DNA of 64,000 nucleotides from a virus. Positions 16,226 to 24,478 of the stretch are shown piece by piece. The notes below the pieces were generated by a model, which did no database searches, was not told the origin of the DNA, and was given only the letters and a program-made list of their open reading frames with translations. Position 1 is the stretch's first letter. Every line of letters starts with the position of its first letter. Both the position numbers and the translations under genes were made by a program. The stretch covers positions 8,139-72,138 of IMG/VR virus record IMGVR_UViG_3300027740_000040; one strand, written 5' to 3'.

Positions 16226-16725
16226 CTGGACAGCTCCTCCAACCGCAGCAGCGCCGCGCCCATCGATTCGACCCGCCGCTTGGCACCCGGCCACGAGCAG
16301 GATGCGCCACGAGCGTACCCGGCGAAGGCACCGAGCCATCCTCGGCAACGCCCCCGTGCGCCACGCAGGAGACGCACCGCGCACACGGCGGATCGCTCCA
16401 GTGCCCTGGGGTCATCCTCGGCGAGCTCCCATGCGGAAGGGCAGGCGCGAGCGTGGAGCTGCCAGGGTGACCTCGCCCGTCCGTTGTCGCAGCGGGCGCC
16501 CGCGGGGCCGTCGGAGCACCGACCCTCGATCACGTACCTGGACCAGGTGGATTCCGCATAGCCAAGAGCGATCAGCGCCGCCTGCTCGGTACGATCCTCG
16601 GTCGCCAACTCGATCGCCATCGCGACCGGGCGCAACAGGTCCGCCCGTTGCTCCGGCGTCTCGGCGAGGTCCTGGTACCACGTAGGCTGGCTGAGCATGA
16701 CGGCCAGGATGGTGGGCCAACTCAC
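16222..16725 (-). CDS. lysozyme-like / lytic transglycosylase (SLT-fold) protein with hydrophobic N-terminus
   Basis: AALIALGYAES...G-A-SPWQLH motif. Confidence 0.6.
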   Translation of the reverse strand: MSWPTILAVMLSQPTWYQDLAETPEQRADLLRPVAMAIELATEDRTEQAALIALGYAESTWSRYVIEGRCSDGPAGARCDNGRARSPWQLHARACPSAWELAEDDPRALERSAVCAVRLLRGARGRCRGWLGAFAGYARGASCSWPGAKRRVESMGAALLRLEELSR

Positions 16726-17123
16726 GCGCTCACCTCGTCGTCATCCCGAGTAACGTCGCGCGGGTCCACCGCCACCGCTTCCCAGGCTGCGATTCGCTTC
16801 GCAGCTTCCCTGGTCATCTGGTCCACGTCGTCTCCCTGTTGCCGCATGTACTCTTCGGTCGATGCCCAGAGAGCGTGCGCGTCGAATGCATGGGTTATGT
16901 CGGGGCTCGCTTGCCCTCCATTGTCCGACTCGGTGAACACGGGGACAACCCATCCGCGTCTAGTGGAAATCTCGAGCCACTCCTGCGCCACGGATAGGAT
17001 CGACAGCAGAGCTGTCTCGCGGCTGTCACCCTCGGCGATGCACCCGGGGAACTCGCGAATCGTCGCCGTGAACCCACCCGACGGGTCCGGCTCGAGATCG
17101 ATGTGGTAGGTCTGCTGGTTCAC
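16722..17123 (-). CDS. hicB: HicB-family antitoxin-like protein (orphan)
   Basis: Y-IDLEPD..GGFTATI-EFPGC-AEGDS-E-AL..I......WLE. Confidence 0.75.
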   Translation of the reverse strand: MNQQTYHIDLEPDPSGGFTATIREFPGCIAEGDSRETALLSILSVAQEWLEISTRRGWVVPVFTESDNGGQASPDITHAFDAHALWASTEEYMRQQGDDVDQMTREAAKRIAAWEAVAVDPRDVTRDDDEVSA

Positions 17124-17316
17124 GGTTCGTCTCCCCACAGTTCAGGATCTCCTCTTCGAAGTGGCCGAATGCCTCGTCGTCCCACTCGATTCCGCACGAG
17201 CAGGAGAAGTGCCCGCACCCATCGCAGCACTCGACCATTTCGGCGTGATCGCGCGTGGCCCCATCCGGGATTGGCTCGCTCATTCTCCCAACCTGCGCAC
17301 TCGCCCGGGGTCGGCG

Positions 17317-17421
17317 CTACCGCCTCGCGTTGCGCTTCGTCTCTTCGCGGATCCACTCCGCGTTCCAGATGCCCACCGCCCATCCGGCGAAGAAGACGAG
17401 CAGGAGGGTGGGCCAGGTCAC
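17317..17421 (-). CDS. 34-aa single-TM micropeptide
   Basis: MTWPTLLLVFFAGWAVGIWNAEWIREETKRNARR; GTGA overlap; hand translation. Confidence 0.55.
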   Translation of the reverse strand: MTWPTLLLVFFAGWAVGIWNAEWIREETKRNARR

Positions 17422-17492
17422 CAGGGTGCTCTCCCGATCGCATAGAGCACGAGCACGGCGGCGAGCAGCCAGGTCTTGGCCTCGTCGGTCAC
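17418..17492 (-). CDS. 24-aa single-TM micropeptide
   Basis: MTDEAKTWLLAAVLVLYAIGRAPW; GTGA overlaps at both ends. Confidence 0.5.
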   Translation of the reverse strand: MTDEAKTWLLAAVLVLYAIGRAPW

Positions 17493-18280
17493 GACTTCCT
17501 CGCCAGCGCCCATACGTGCCAGGCCCGCTCGATTGCCGACGAGTCCACGAGACAGCACCCGTCGAGAGCTAGCCCTTCTGCGGTGCATCCTCCCCAGCCG
17601 CGACCCCAGGAGTTGGCGACGAGGTAGACGCGGCGGCCTTCGGCGACGACACGCCCAAACAGCCGCATCGCGTGACCGTTCCGCTCGCCTCCTAGATGCG
17701 CGGTAGTGGCAACCTCGTTCACCTCGAGATCGAAGAACGGGTCGCGCACGCCGAACGACGCCACGACGCCAGCTCCGAACGCGAGCGCGTCATCGATCTC
17801 GTCGAGCTCCGAGAGGGCCCGGTACTTGAGGAGGTCCTTGCGGTCCGCGGCAAGCAACTCATCACCGATGGTGTCACCCGCCGGTGGCGCCCCTTGGCCA
17901 CCCTCGACCGGATCCGCGTCCTCCTTCCGGCGCCAGTCGTCCCACCCGCGCTCGGTCAGTCCAGCGAACACGCCCCACCATTGTGTGCCCTGCTCGAGAT
18001 CGTCGAGGTCAAGGCCCATGCGTCGCCGCGCCTCACGCCAGATCCCAACCGCGGACGCGCGGGGGAGCTCGGGGAAGAGCTGGTCGAACGCGCCCGCCGT
18101 CGCGTTTCCGGCGCAGCTCGGGCGTGGATCCTGGTCGCGGCTGTACTTCGGTGCCACCTGTAGGATCGGGCTCGTGGTCGCGGCTCCGAGGAAGCGCCAC
18201 GGCTTCGCGCCGAGACGCGCCTCCAGCATCGGGTGGGACTCGCGGGCCATGCCGCATAGGATTCGGCGATCGGGGGTCAC
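17489..18280 (-). CDS. papain-like (C1) cysteine peptidase
   Basis: DQDPRPSCAGNA (Q/C), GHAM (H), ANSWG..WG (N); GTG start at 18280. Confidence 0.85.
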   Translation of the reverse strand: MTPDRRILCGMARESHPMLEARLGAKPWRFLGAATTSPILQVAPKYSRDQDPRPSCAGNATAGAFDQLFPELPRASAVGIWREARRRMGLDLDDLEQGTQWWGVFAGLTERGWDDWRRKEDADPVEGGQGAPPAGDTIGDELLAADRKDLLKYRALSELDEIDDALAFGAGVVASFGVRDPFFDLEVNEVATTAHLGGERNGHAMRLFGRVVAEGRRVYLVANSWGRGWGGCTAEGLALDGCCLVDSSAIERAWHVWALARKS

Positions 18281-18648
18281 GGGCACCCCACTTTCCCCGC
18301 CGCCGCGTCCTCGACCTGGTCGCACCGGGTGATTCCGGCGATGCACTGCGGGAGCCAGTTGCGCCCGTCCGCCGCCGCGGCCTCGCACTCGGCTCCGAAG
18401 GGCTTGCCTCCCGGAGTCTTGGACTCGTGGCAGCCGAGCTCCTCGAGACGCTCCTGCGCGGCCTGGCAGGCGCCCGGGGGCACGTCCGAGGGGATGATCG
18501 GAGGGGTTCGCGGCTGGCACCCGCAGCAAGCCGCCACGACGGAGAGCAACGAGAGCACGACGAGCGCCGGAACGTACAGGCGGAACGAACCCCAGAATGC
18601 ACGCAGCACCGGCAGGAGAGTTCCGGGCACGTTGGGTCCGCGGCTCAT
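18277..18648 (-). CDS. Cys-rich lipoprotein
   Basis: Hydrophobic signal ending VVAACCGC; paired Cys. Confidence 0.65.
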   Translation of the reverse strand: MSRGPNVPGTLLPVLRAFWGSFRLYVPALVVLSLLSVVAACCGCQPRTPPIIPSDVPPGACQAAQERLEELGCHESKTPGGKPFGAECEAAAADGRNWLPQCIAGITRCDQVEDAAAGKVGCP

Positions 18649-18890
18649 GGCCCACTCCCACTCGGCGCCGGCGGCGGTCCCGCGTCACCCCAGTCCGGAA
18701 CCTCCCACGACGCTGACGTCGATGGCCACCCGCTCGGGTACTCCGGCGGGGGCCACTCTTCGCAGACGAGCATCGGCGCGCAGGCGGGGCAGATGGCACG
18801 ACCGCAGCCGGTGGCGCCGACGATCAGCGCGCAGGAGGCCAGCAGAACGAGCGTCACGACCACTACTCCAAGGAGGTCGATGGCTTTCAC
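18645..18890 (-). CDS. Pro-rich lipoprotein (o-spanin-like candidate)
   Basis: Signal with LLASC or ATGC lipobox; Pro-rich mature part. Confidence 0.55.
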   Translation of the reverse strand: MKAIDLLGVVVVTLVLLASCALIVGATGCGRAICPACAPMLVCEEWPPPEYPSGWPSTSASWEVPDWGDAGPPPAPSGSGP

Positions 18891-19261
18891 TCCGCGCACC
18901 CCTCTGCCACGAAGTCACTGGCCAGCTGCGCCCTCACCGCCTCGGTCGTGCCGGCGACGACCGCGAATCCCGCGGCCGTGATCGCGAGCCCGGCCTGGAC
19001 CTCGTCATTGGTCGGAATCGTGCTCAGGCCCGCGCCACCGCCCAGCACCGCAGCGCCGACGGACACGTACCGGAGCGTCGATTCCGCGCGCGACAGGCTC
19101 TGGCAACGGTCGGAGGGAGATGCCTCGGAGGCACCCGAGGGCGGTTGCTGGGCCCGGTCAGCAGCCCCGATGGCACTCGAACGGGCGAGCGACGGCGCGC
19201 AGCCGATCGTGCTGGTGGCCACGGCGAGGAGAGCGAGAGCGAGCTTGGTGCGGTTGGTCAT
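18887..19261 (-). CDS. lipoprotein / membrane protein
   Basis: STIGC lipobox plus two hydrophobic segments. Confidence 0.6.
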   Translation of the reverse strand: MTNRTKLALALLAVATSTIGCAPSLARSSAIGAADRAQQPPSGASEASPSDRCQSLSRAESTLRYVSVGAAVLGGGAGLSTIPTNDEVQAGLAITAAGFAVVAGTTEAVRAQLASDFVAEGCAE

Positions 19262-19578
19262 TTGGTGGGTTCCTTGTGTGTATCTTCCCAGGCCTTCATG
19301 AGCGCGGTTTTGACCTCCGCCGGGTCACCTTTGAAATTGATCGTGAGCTGACCGATCCCATCCTCGACCGCTTCCAGCTTCTCGTCCGCGGTCGTGTTGG
19401 CAGCTCCCTTGAAGGCCACGAAGACGCGCACGGCCACGATCGCCAGTAATGCCACGAACGGCACCGACGCCGGCACCTCCGCCGGAATCGCTACCCACTG
19501 CTGGGCGAACACCACGGCCGCGGTGGCGAGCAATCCGAGCCGCACCGAAACTCCCAGATCCTTGTCTGTCAACAGCAT
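19258..19578 (-). CDS. two-TM membrane protein (holin candidate)
   Basis: Two TM helices and a charged C-terminus; upstream of the lysis cluster. Confidence 0.55.
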   Translation of the reverse strand: MLLTDKDLGVSVRLGLLATAAVVFAQQWVAIPAEVPASVPFVALLAIVAVRVFVAFKGAANTTADEKLEAVEDGIGQLTINFKGDPAEVKTALMKAWEDTHKEPTK

Positions 19579-19630
19579 GGTCTTTCTCCTTCGCGGTCAA
19601 GGTGCGCACTCGGGGGGAGGGGGCGCAAGG

Positions 19631-21241
19631 TCAGGGAATTACGGCGACGGTGCGCAGCCCGCGCGTCCCGCCATCGACGGTCACGGACGAGATTGGATTA
19701 GTGCCATCAGCCCCCAGGTACGTCACCAGATCTCCAACCACCGTGGTTTTGCAGCTAGGGTAGGCGGCCGCCAGCATCGCATTCTTGGCGGTGCTGCGTT
19801 CGGCGCGGAGTCCTCGTGCAATCGCGTTGGCGAGGGCGATATAGCCCGTGTCCGACAGATGGGTGCCGTCCGTGCTCGAGTAGCTGGACAGTCCAGCCGT
19901 CAGATACTCCGATCCGGCGCGCACGCCCTTGGGTTGGTTGCGGCGTACCGCGAGTTCCGTAGATCCCGAGTGCTCTCCGAGCGCATAGCACGTCGGGATC
20001 AATTGCACGCCGTTCAACGCGCACCATTCCTCGACCGCACATCGGCGGAGATTGTGCGCCTCGGCCGTGCCCGCGATCTGGAAGTTCTCGACAGGGGGCG
20101 CCTCTACCAGCACGAGCTCAGCGTCGATCGAGTCGCACAGGGAAAGGAGGATGCTCAGCCGCTCGAGATTGGCGATCGAAGACTCGTTGCACAGCGAGTC
20201 GTAAAGCACGGTCCGCGGGTGTAGCGGCGCGACGTTCGTGGCGAATAGCGTTCCCGCCGCCACCCAGAGCCAGAGCGACGTGCCGCCGTCCGCCACATTG
20301 AATCCGGTTCTTCCGGTGAGGCGCTGCAACTGGATCGCCAGGTCGTAATCCTTCAGTGTGAAATCGAAATTGACGACCGGTAGCTCGTAGACGGTGAGGG
20401 ACGGAACCTCGGCGTTTGCACCGTGGCACGCCATGACCGAATGCCCAGTAACTACGAAGTCGCGAGGCCAAACCAAAGGCTGAACCGCGATCATCGCTGG
20501 CGCCACGACGGCACCGTCGGTGAATACCATTGCACCCGCGAGATCGAGCGCTCCGTTGCGGAAGCTGATCTGCGTCGAAGTGCACGCGGCGTTGCACGCC
20601 TGCACGCCAATCTCGTCGGTGGCGCTCGTAATCTCGAGCCCGCATCGATCTCCGGCGCGCATCTTCACCGCCTTGGTGAAGAGCACCGTGACCCAGCCGA
20701 TCGTGCCCCATGCGCCCGCCGTCGGAGTGAGCGCCAACAGGTCGGTCGAGACGCCGCGCGCATAACCGGTTGGGCCCACGGCGAAGAATCGCATCTGCGT
20801 CGACGCGTCGATCAAGTCCCCGCTCCACACCGTGCAGCCGTATACGGTGACGTCGTTCGGAGCCACGAATTTGGACGACACGAACGCGCGCGTCGCTTGG
20901 CCACCCATCGGGCAGTAGGTCGACGGGTTCGCTCCGGTCGTGATTCCCGTCGGCCACACGGGGACCAGGGCCTCCCACACGCTCTCCGTCGGCAGCGCCG
21001 GCCGACACTCGATCTCCGTCGTGCTCGTGATGTTTCCCGCGCCGTCGTCGGTGACGAGCGACCACATTCCCCACTCGGTAGGGGTCACAATCGCCGTGTA
21101 GACGTCGGTAGCGCCGACCTGGACCAGCACCGGATCCACGTTCGCGATCTCCGCGTCGACGCCATAGAGCGTGATGCCAGCGATCGACGTGGCGGTGAGG
21201 CGCACTTCGACGGGCAGATTCCTCCGGGTCGAGTAGCTCAC
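19631..21241 (-). CDS. tail-associated protein with C-terminal SGNH/GDSL hydrolase domain
   Basis: VVTGHS (block I), CNE (block III), DGTH (block V). Confidence 0.7.
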   Translation of the reverse strand: MSYSTRRNLPVEVRLTATSIAGITLYGVDAEIANVDPVLVQVGATDVYTAIVTPTEWGMWSLVTDDGAGNITSTTEIECRPALPTESVWEALVPVWPTGITTGANPSTYCPMGGQATRAFVSSKFVAPNDVTVYGCTVWSGDLIDASTQMRFFAVGPTGYARGVSTDLLALTPTAGAWGTIGWVTVLFTKAVKMRAGDRCGLEITSATDEIGVQACNAACTSTQISFRNGALDLAGAMVFTDGAVVAPAMIAVQPLVWPRDFVVTGHSVMACHGANAEVPSLTVYELPVVNFDFTLKDYDLAIQLQRLTGRTGFNVADGGTSLWLWVAAGTLFATNVAPLHPRTVLYDSLCNESSIANLERLSILLSLCDSIDAELVLVEAPPVENFQIAGTAEAHNLRRCAVEEWCALNGVQLIPTCYALGEHSGSTELAVRRNQPKGVRAGSEYLTAGLSSYSSTDGTHLSDTGYIALANAIARGLRAERSTAKNAMLAAAYPSCKTTVVGDLVTYLGADGTNPISSVTVDGGTRGLRTVAVIP

Positions 21242-21417
21242 TGGCCGAGCTCCTTCCGGACGGCGACCACGAACTCGGCGATCTCAGCGCGCGTCAGCCG
21301 TCGGTCTGGCGCCACCGCGTCAGACAGCAACGCGAGGTCATGCCCCGTCGGAGTGTAGGGAGCGTCAGCCTGGCGAGCAGGCCACTCGGCAACGATTCGA
21401 GCAACGATGTCGTTCAT
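21238..21417 (-). CDS. small hypothetical protein (59 aa)
   Basis: ATGA overlaps at both ends. Confidence 0.55.
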   Translation of the reverse strand: MNDIVARIVAEWPARQADAPYTPTGHDLALLSDAVAPDRRLTRAEIAEFVVAVRKELGQ

Positions 21418-22172
21418 AGCCATGCGTTCCCCATCCAAGCGTTCTGCGCCCATGTGTTCGCCGCCCACGTGAATCCAGCGACGGTCAAGATCCCATAGAC
21501 CGATTGCGCCCGGGCAAGCATCCATGCGATGATTTTGGCTGACGTGACGGCGTCGTGCAGTCCGGAGAAACACAACGCCATTGCCCACGCACACGGTCCT
21601 CTGCGCGTGCTACCGCTGGTACCACCGATCGTGATTCCTCCGGGGTTCGGCATGGTCGCCAGCGCGCCGTTGCTCTTCAACGTCGTCAGGTCGCGGATGA
21701 TCGTGCCGTTCGCTTCGCCACTTGCCCCGCAGCCTTGACACCAGATGTGCCAGGATTGATCGTAGGCGTGCGCGCCGGTGAAATTGCTGGTGCCGTTGTA
21801 GACGCGCACCGCGGCGGCGGAGCTGTGGTCGAACATCGGGGTATAGGTGCCCGACGCTCCGTCACAGATCGTGCGAAACGACGCCACGTAGACGTCCGTA
21901 TTGCGGAAGACGATGTAGCGCGTGAAGGGCGCGGACCACGTGAATGCCGCCTTGGCTATGCCGTCGCCCGCCATCGCGATCAAGCCGCCCGCCGCCACCG
22001 CAGTCCCGGTGACGGTCATGTTCGTGGTGCCGACTCGACGCACTACAGAGACTACAGCGCCGTCCGGGACGTCCTCGCCGAGGTAGGCGGCGACGAGGTC
22101 CGGCATCCGCAGCGGGGACCATTTCGCGCCTCCCCCGAACCCCACCCCAATCCTGATTCCGATGCCTGGCAT
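21414..22172 (-). CDS. LamG/ConA-like lectin tail protein (receptor-binding candidate)
   Basis: W-P..MPDLVAAY...PFT.YIVF...W.I....G.I.IGG pattern. Confidence 0.6.
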   Translation of the reverse strand: MPGIGIRIGVGFGGGAKWSPLRMPDLVAAYLGEDVPDGAVVSVVRRVGTTNMTVTGTAVAAGGLIAMAGDGIAKAAFTWSAPFTRYIVFRNTDVYVASFRTICDGASGTYTPMFDHSSAAAVRVYNGTSNFTGAHAYDQSWHIWCQGCGASGEANGTIIRDLTTLKSNGALATMPNPGGITIGGTSGSTRRGPCAWAMALCFSGLHDAVTSAKIIAWMLARAQSVYGILTVAGFTWAANTWAQNAWMGNAWL

Positions 22173-22173
22173 G

Positions 22174-22830
22174 TCAGACCCACTTCGTGCAGAGGTAGTT
22201 GGACTCGCGCTTGATGAGCGTCTCGGTGAGGGAGCCGGCGCATGGCATCACCTCACCGATCTCTCCCGTGAACAGCAGCGACCCGCCGCCGTTCGCTGCC
22301 CCGAGATTCAACCCGGTGGGATTAGTGGCTCCGACGTCACCGCTCGCGCGAAGGATCCCGTTCTCGTAGATGGCCGAATTTGCCCCGTTGAACACCGCGG
22401 CGATCGCGACCCACCGGTTCGTGAGCGAGCTCGAGAACGTGGCGGTCAGGTTGGTGCTGGCGTAGATCAGGATCTGATCCGCGGCCTGCCGCTGGACGCG
22501 GACCGTGGTTCCGACGCCGTCCATCAGCGCCGCCGTGGTTCCCCAAGCGCCGAACTTGCACGCGAAGAAGATCGTGAATGGCTGCGCGTTCACGAAGGCC
22601 GCGGACGAGTAAACGTCACCTATCAGGTAGGTGTACCTTCGTCCCTTTCGCGAGTTTCCGATGTTGAATACGCCGGCGGCAACGCCCTGGTGGCGTGAGT
22701 TGCCGGACCTGTCATCCCAACTGTTGGACTCAAGAGCGGTGGTTTCGTCGTACCAAGCTCGGATGATACCCGCTCCCAAACGGATAGGCCTCCAGCCTCC
22801 CCATGGTATGCGCTGACCGGCGGAGTACAC
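22174..22830 (-). CDS. LamG/ConA-like lectin tail protein, paralogue
   Basis: AWYD...W-DRSGN...QPFTIFF...NGANSAIYENG...GEIGEV. Confidence 0.65.
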   Translation of the reverse strand: MYSAGQRIPWGGWRPIRLGAGIIRAWYDETTALESNSWDDRSGNSRHQGVAAGVFNIGNSRKGRRYTYLIGDVYSSAAFVNAQPFTIFFACKFGAWGTTAALMDGVGTTVRVQRQAADQILIYASTNLTATFSSSLTNRWVAIAAVFNGANSAIYENGILRASGDVGATNPTGLNLGAANGGGSLLFTGEIGEVMPCAGSLTETLIKRESNYLCTKWV

Positions 22831-22831
22831 G

Positions 22832-23341
22832 TTACTTCACCACTCCGAGCCAGTAGGACCCGGATACCGTTCGCCCCCCGACCGCCACTTGCCGAGCCTG
22901 AATCAATACGTCGGTACCGGAAACCGTGAGTTGCAACTCAATCGCTTCCGCGGCAGTTATGAGCGTCACCGTCCATCCGACAGTTGTTCCGGTAGTACCG
23001 TCGTCTAGGTTGCAGAGCACCGCGCTCGTGCCGCTTCTCCGGATGCTTCCCTGGATTCGCACCACGTCACGCTCACCACCGTCGTCGGTGATCCAGAGTT
23101 CGACGTCGATCGTCCTCGCCTGGCCGTCCGTTGGTAGTTTGGTGGCGATGGGGAGCGTTCCTCCGGTGATGGTCACCCAGGCGGTACCGGCCGATAGCGA
23201 GGCGGTGAGGTCGACGGCGAAGTAGAACTCGGCGGCGTCCACACGGACCCACTCGTTGCCGTCGAAGCGCACCATGTCCCCCGAGTAAATCCCGGTTGGA
23301 AACACGGACCTACGCAGGTCGCTCAGGTAGTTGTCGGCCAT
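22832..23341 (-). CDS. tail fibre-associated protein
   Basis: Beta-rich; position among tail genes. Confidence 0.55.
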   Translation of the reverse strand: MADNYLSDLRRSVFPTGIYSGDMVRFDGNEWVRVDAAEFYFAVDLTASLSAGTAWVTITGGTLPIATKLPTDGQARTIDVELWITDDGGERDVVRIQGSIRRSGTSAVLCNLDDGTTGTTVGWTVTLITAAEAIELQLTVSGTDVLIQARQVAVGGRTVSGSYWLGVVK

Positions 23342-23395
23342 CGGTGACGCACCTCGGCATTGCGCCCGAGAGCGGGCGACGTACATTTCCAGGTC

Positions 23396-24478
23396 ATGGA
23401 GAGGAAAATCCAGGCAGTGTGGCTGGCGTTACTCGTCGCGTGCGGCGGAGGGGTGAGTAGCGATCCCGGCGGAGGCGGAGGCGTAGACACCGCCGGCGGA
23501 GAGATCCCTGATGGAACCGGAGGCGCTGCGACCGGTGGGGCCACCGGAGGCAGAGTTACCGGTGGGGTTACGACCGGAGGTGCGGCGACCGGAGGTACAC
23601 CGCAGACCGGAGGAGTCGCCACTGGAGGTCATGGCGTTGCCGGATCCGACGTGGTGTGTATTTCTGGCACCACGTCTCCGGTGGCATGTCCAGGTGGAGT
23701 CGACGGATTCCGGATCTGCCAGTATACCGGAGAATGGGGAAGTACCCAGTGTCCTGATGCTGGAGGATCCGGAGGAGAAGGTGGTAACTATGAAGCTGTC
23801 GAAGCAGGACGCGGAGGCGCTGAACCGATCTGGCCGTGCGTTTACCGGTGCGTGACAGTCACCAGACAGTACGGAGAGCCAGACATTAGGACGGTAATCG
23901 ACACGACGTTTGATCCTTGCGTACCAGTGTCCGCGCAGAACACCTGCACACAGGGATCCGGATACTCTGTCTCTCAGCAGTGTGCGCTAGCCGAAGAGCT
24001 TGTAGAAACCGACTGCGAACCCGGCCCGCTTGGTACGGGCGGATCCGGAAGCGGCGGAACCGGGGGAACCGCTACTGGCGGCTCCGTAACCGGCGGTGTC
24101 TCTGCCGGTGGAGATGGCACCGGAGGGCAGCCGCCGCGCGTATACGGAACCTGGTCGTCGGATGGCCTGTGCGCGACGCTAACCGTGAGCGACTGCGTTA
24201 TCGACTACGAGGCCGGAGAAGCGTGCGGTGAGTGCGTAACCATGGTAGGCGGAGAACATCGTCCACCCGGTGAACTAGGCTATTGCCTAATCGATCCAGC
24301 GACGGTTGCCACTTCGTGCAATCAACACTGGCGTAACTGCGACGGGATCGACTCCAACGGGTGCGAGGTCTACGTGTCGGACCAGTTCACCGAGGCCGAC
24401 TGCGAGACAGCTCTGCGCGACGATACTGACGCAATGGTGACGATGCGATCTGGATCTACCTACCCGGTGTGTCGCTAG
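23396..24478 (+). CDS. myxobacterial-type Cys-rich lipoprotein with Gly/Thr linkers (moron)
   Basis: LLVAC lipobox; repeated TGG linkers; about 20 Cys; antisense to the tail operon; candidate promoter TTGCGC-16-TACATT at 23360-23387. Confidence 0.8.
   Translation: MERKIQAVWLALLVACGGGVSSDPGGGGGVDTAGGEIPDGTGGAATGGATGGRVTGGVTTGGAATGGTPQTGGVATGGHGVAGSDVVCISGTTSPVACPGGVDGFRICQYTGEWGSTQCPDAGGSGGEGGNYEAVEAGRGGAEPIWPCVYRCVTVTRQYGEPDIRTVIDTTFDPCVPVSAQNTCTQGSGYSVSQQCALAEELVETDCEPGPLGTGGSGSGGTGGTATGGSVTGGVSAGGDGTGGQPPRVYGTWSSDGLCATLTVSDCVIDYEAGEACGECVTMVGGEHRPPGELGYCLIDPATVATSCNQHWRNCDGIDSNGCEVYVSDQFTEADCETALRDDTDAMVTMRSGSTYPVCR

Noticed and set aside
17026-17283. hicA toxin upstream of hicB
   Set aside because: The ORF is acidic and Cys-rich with no HicA basic dsRBD-like pattern, and it overlaps hicB; left unannotated.
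23460-23640. ACCGG(A/T)GG short repeats as a CRISPR or VNTR
   Set aside because: They encode the TGG linker of the lipoprotein; no constant repeat-spacer structure.
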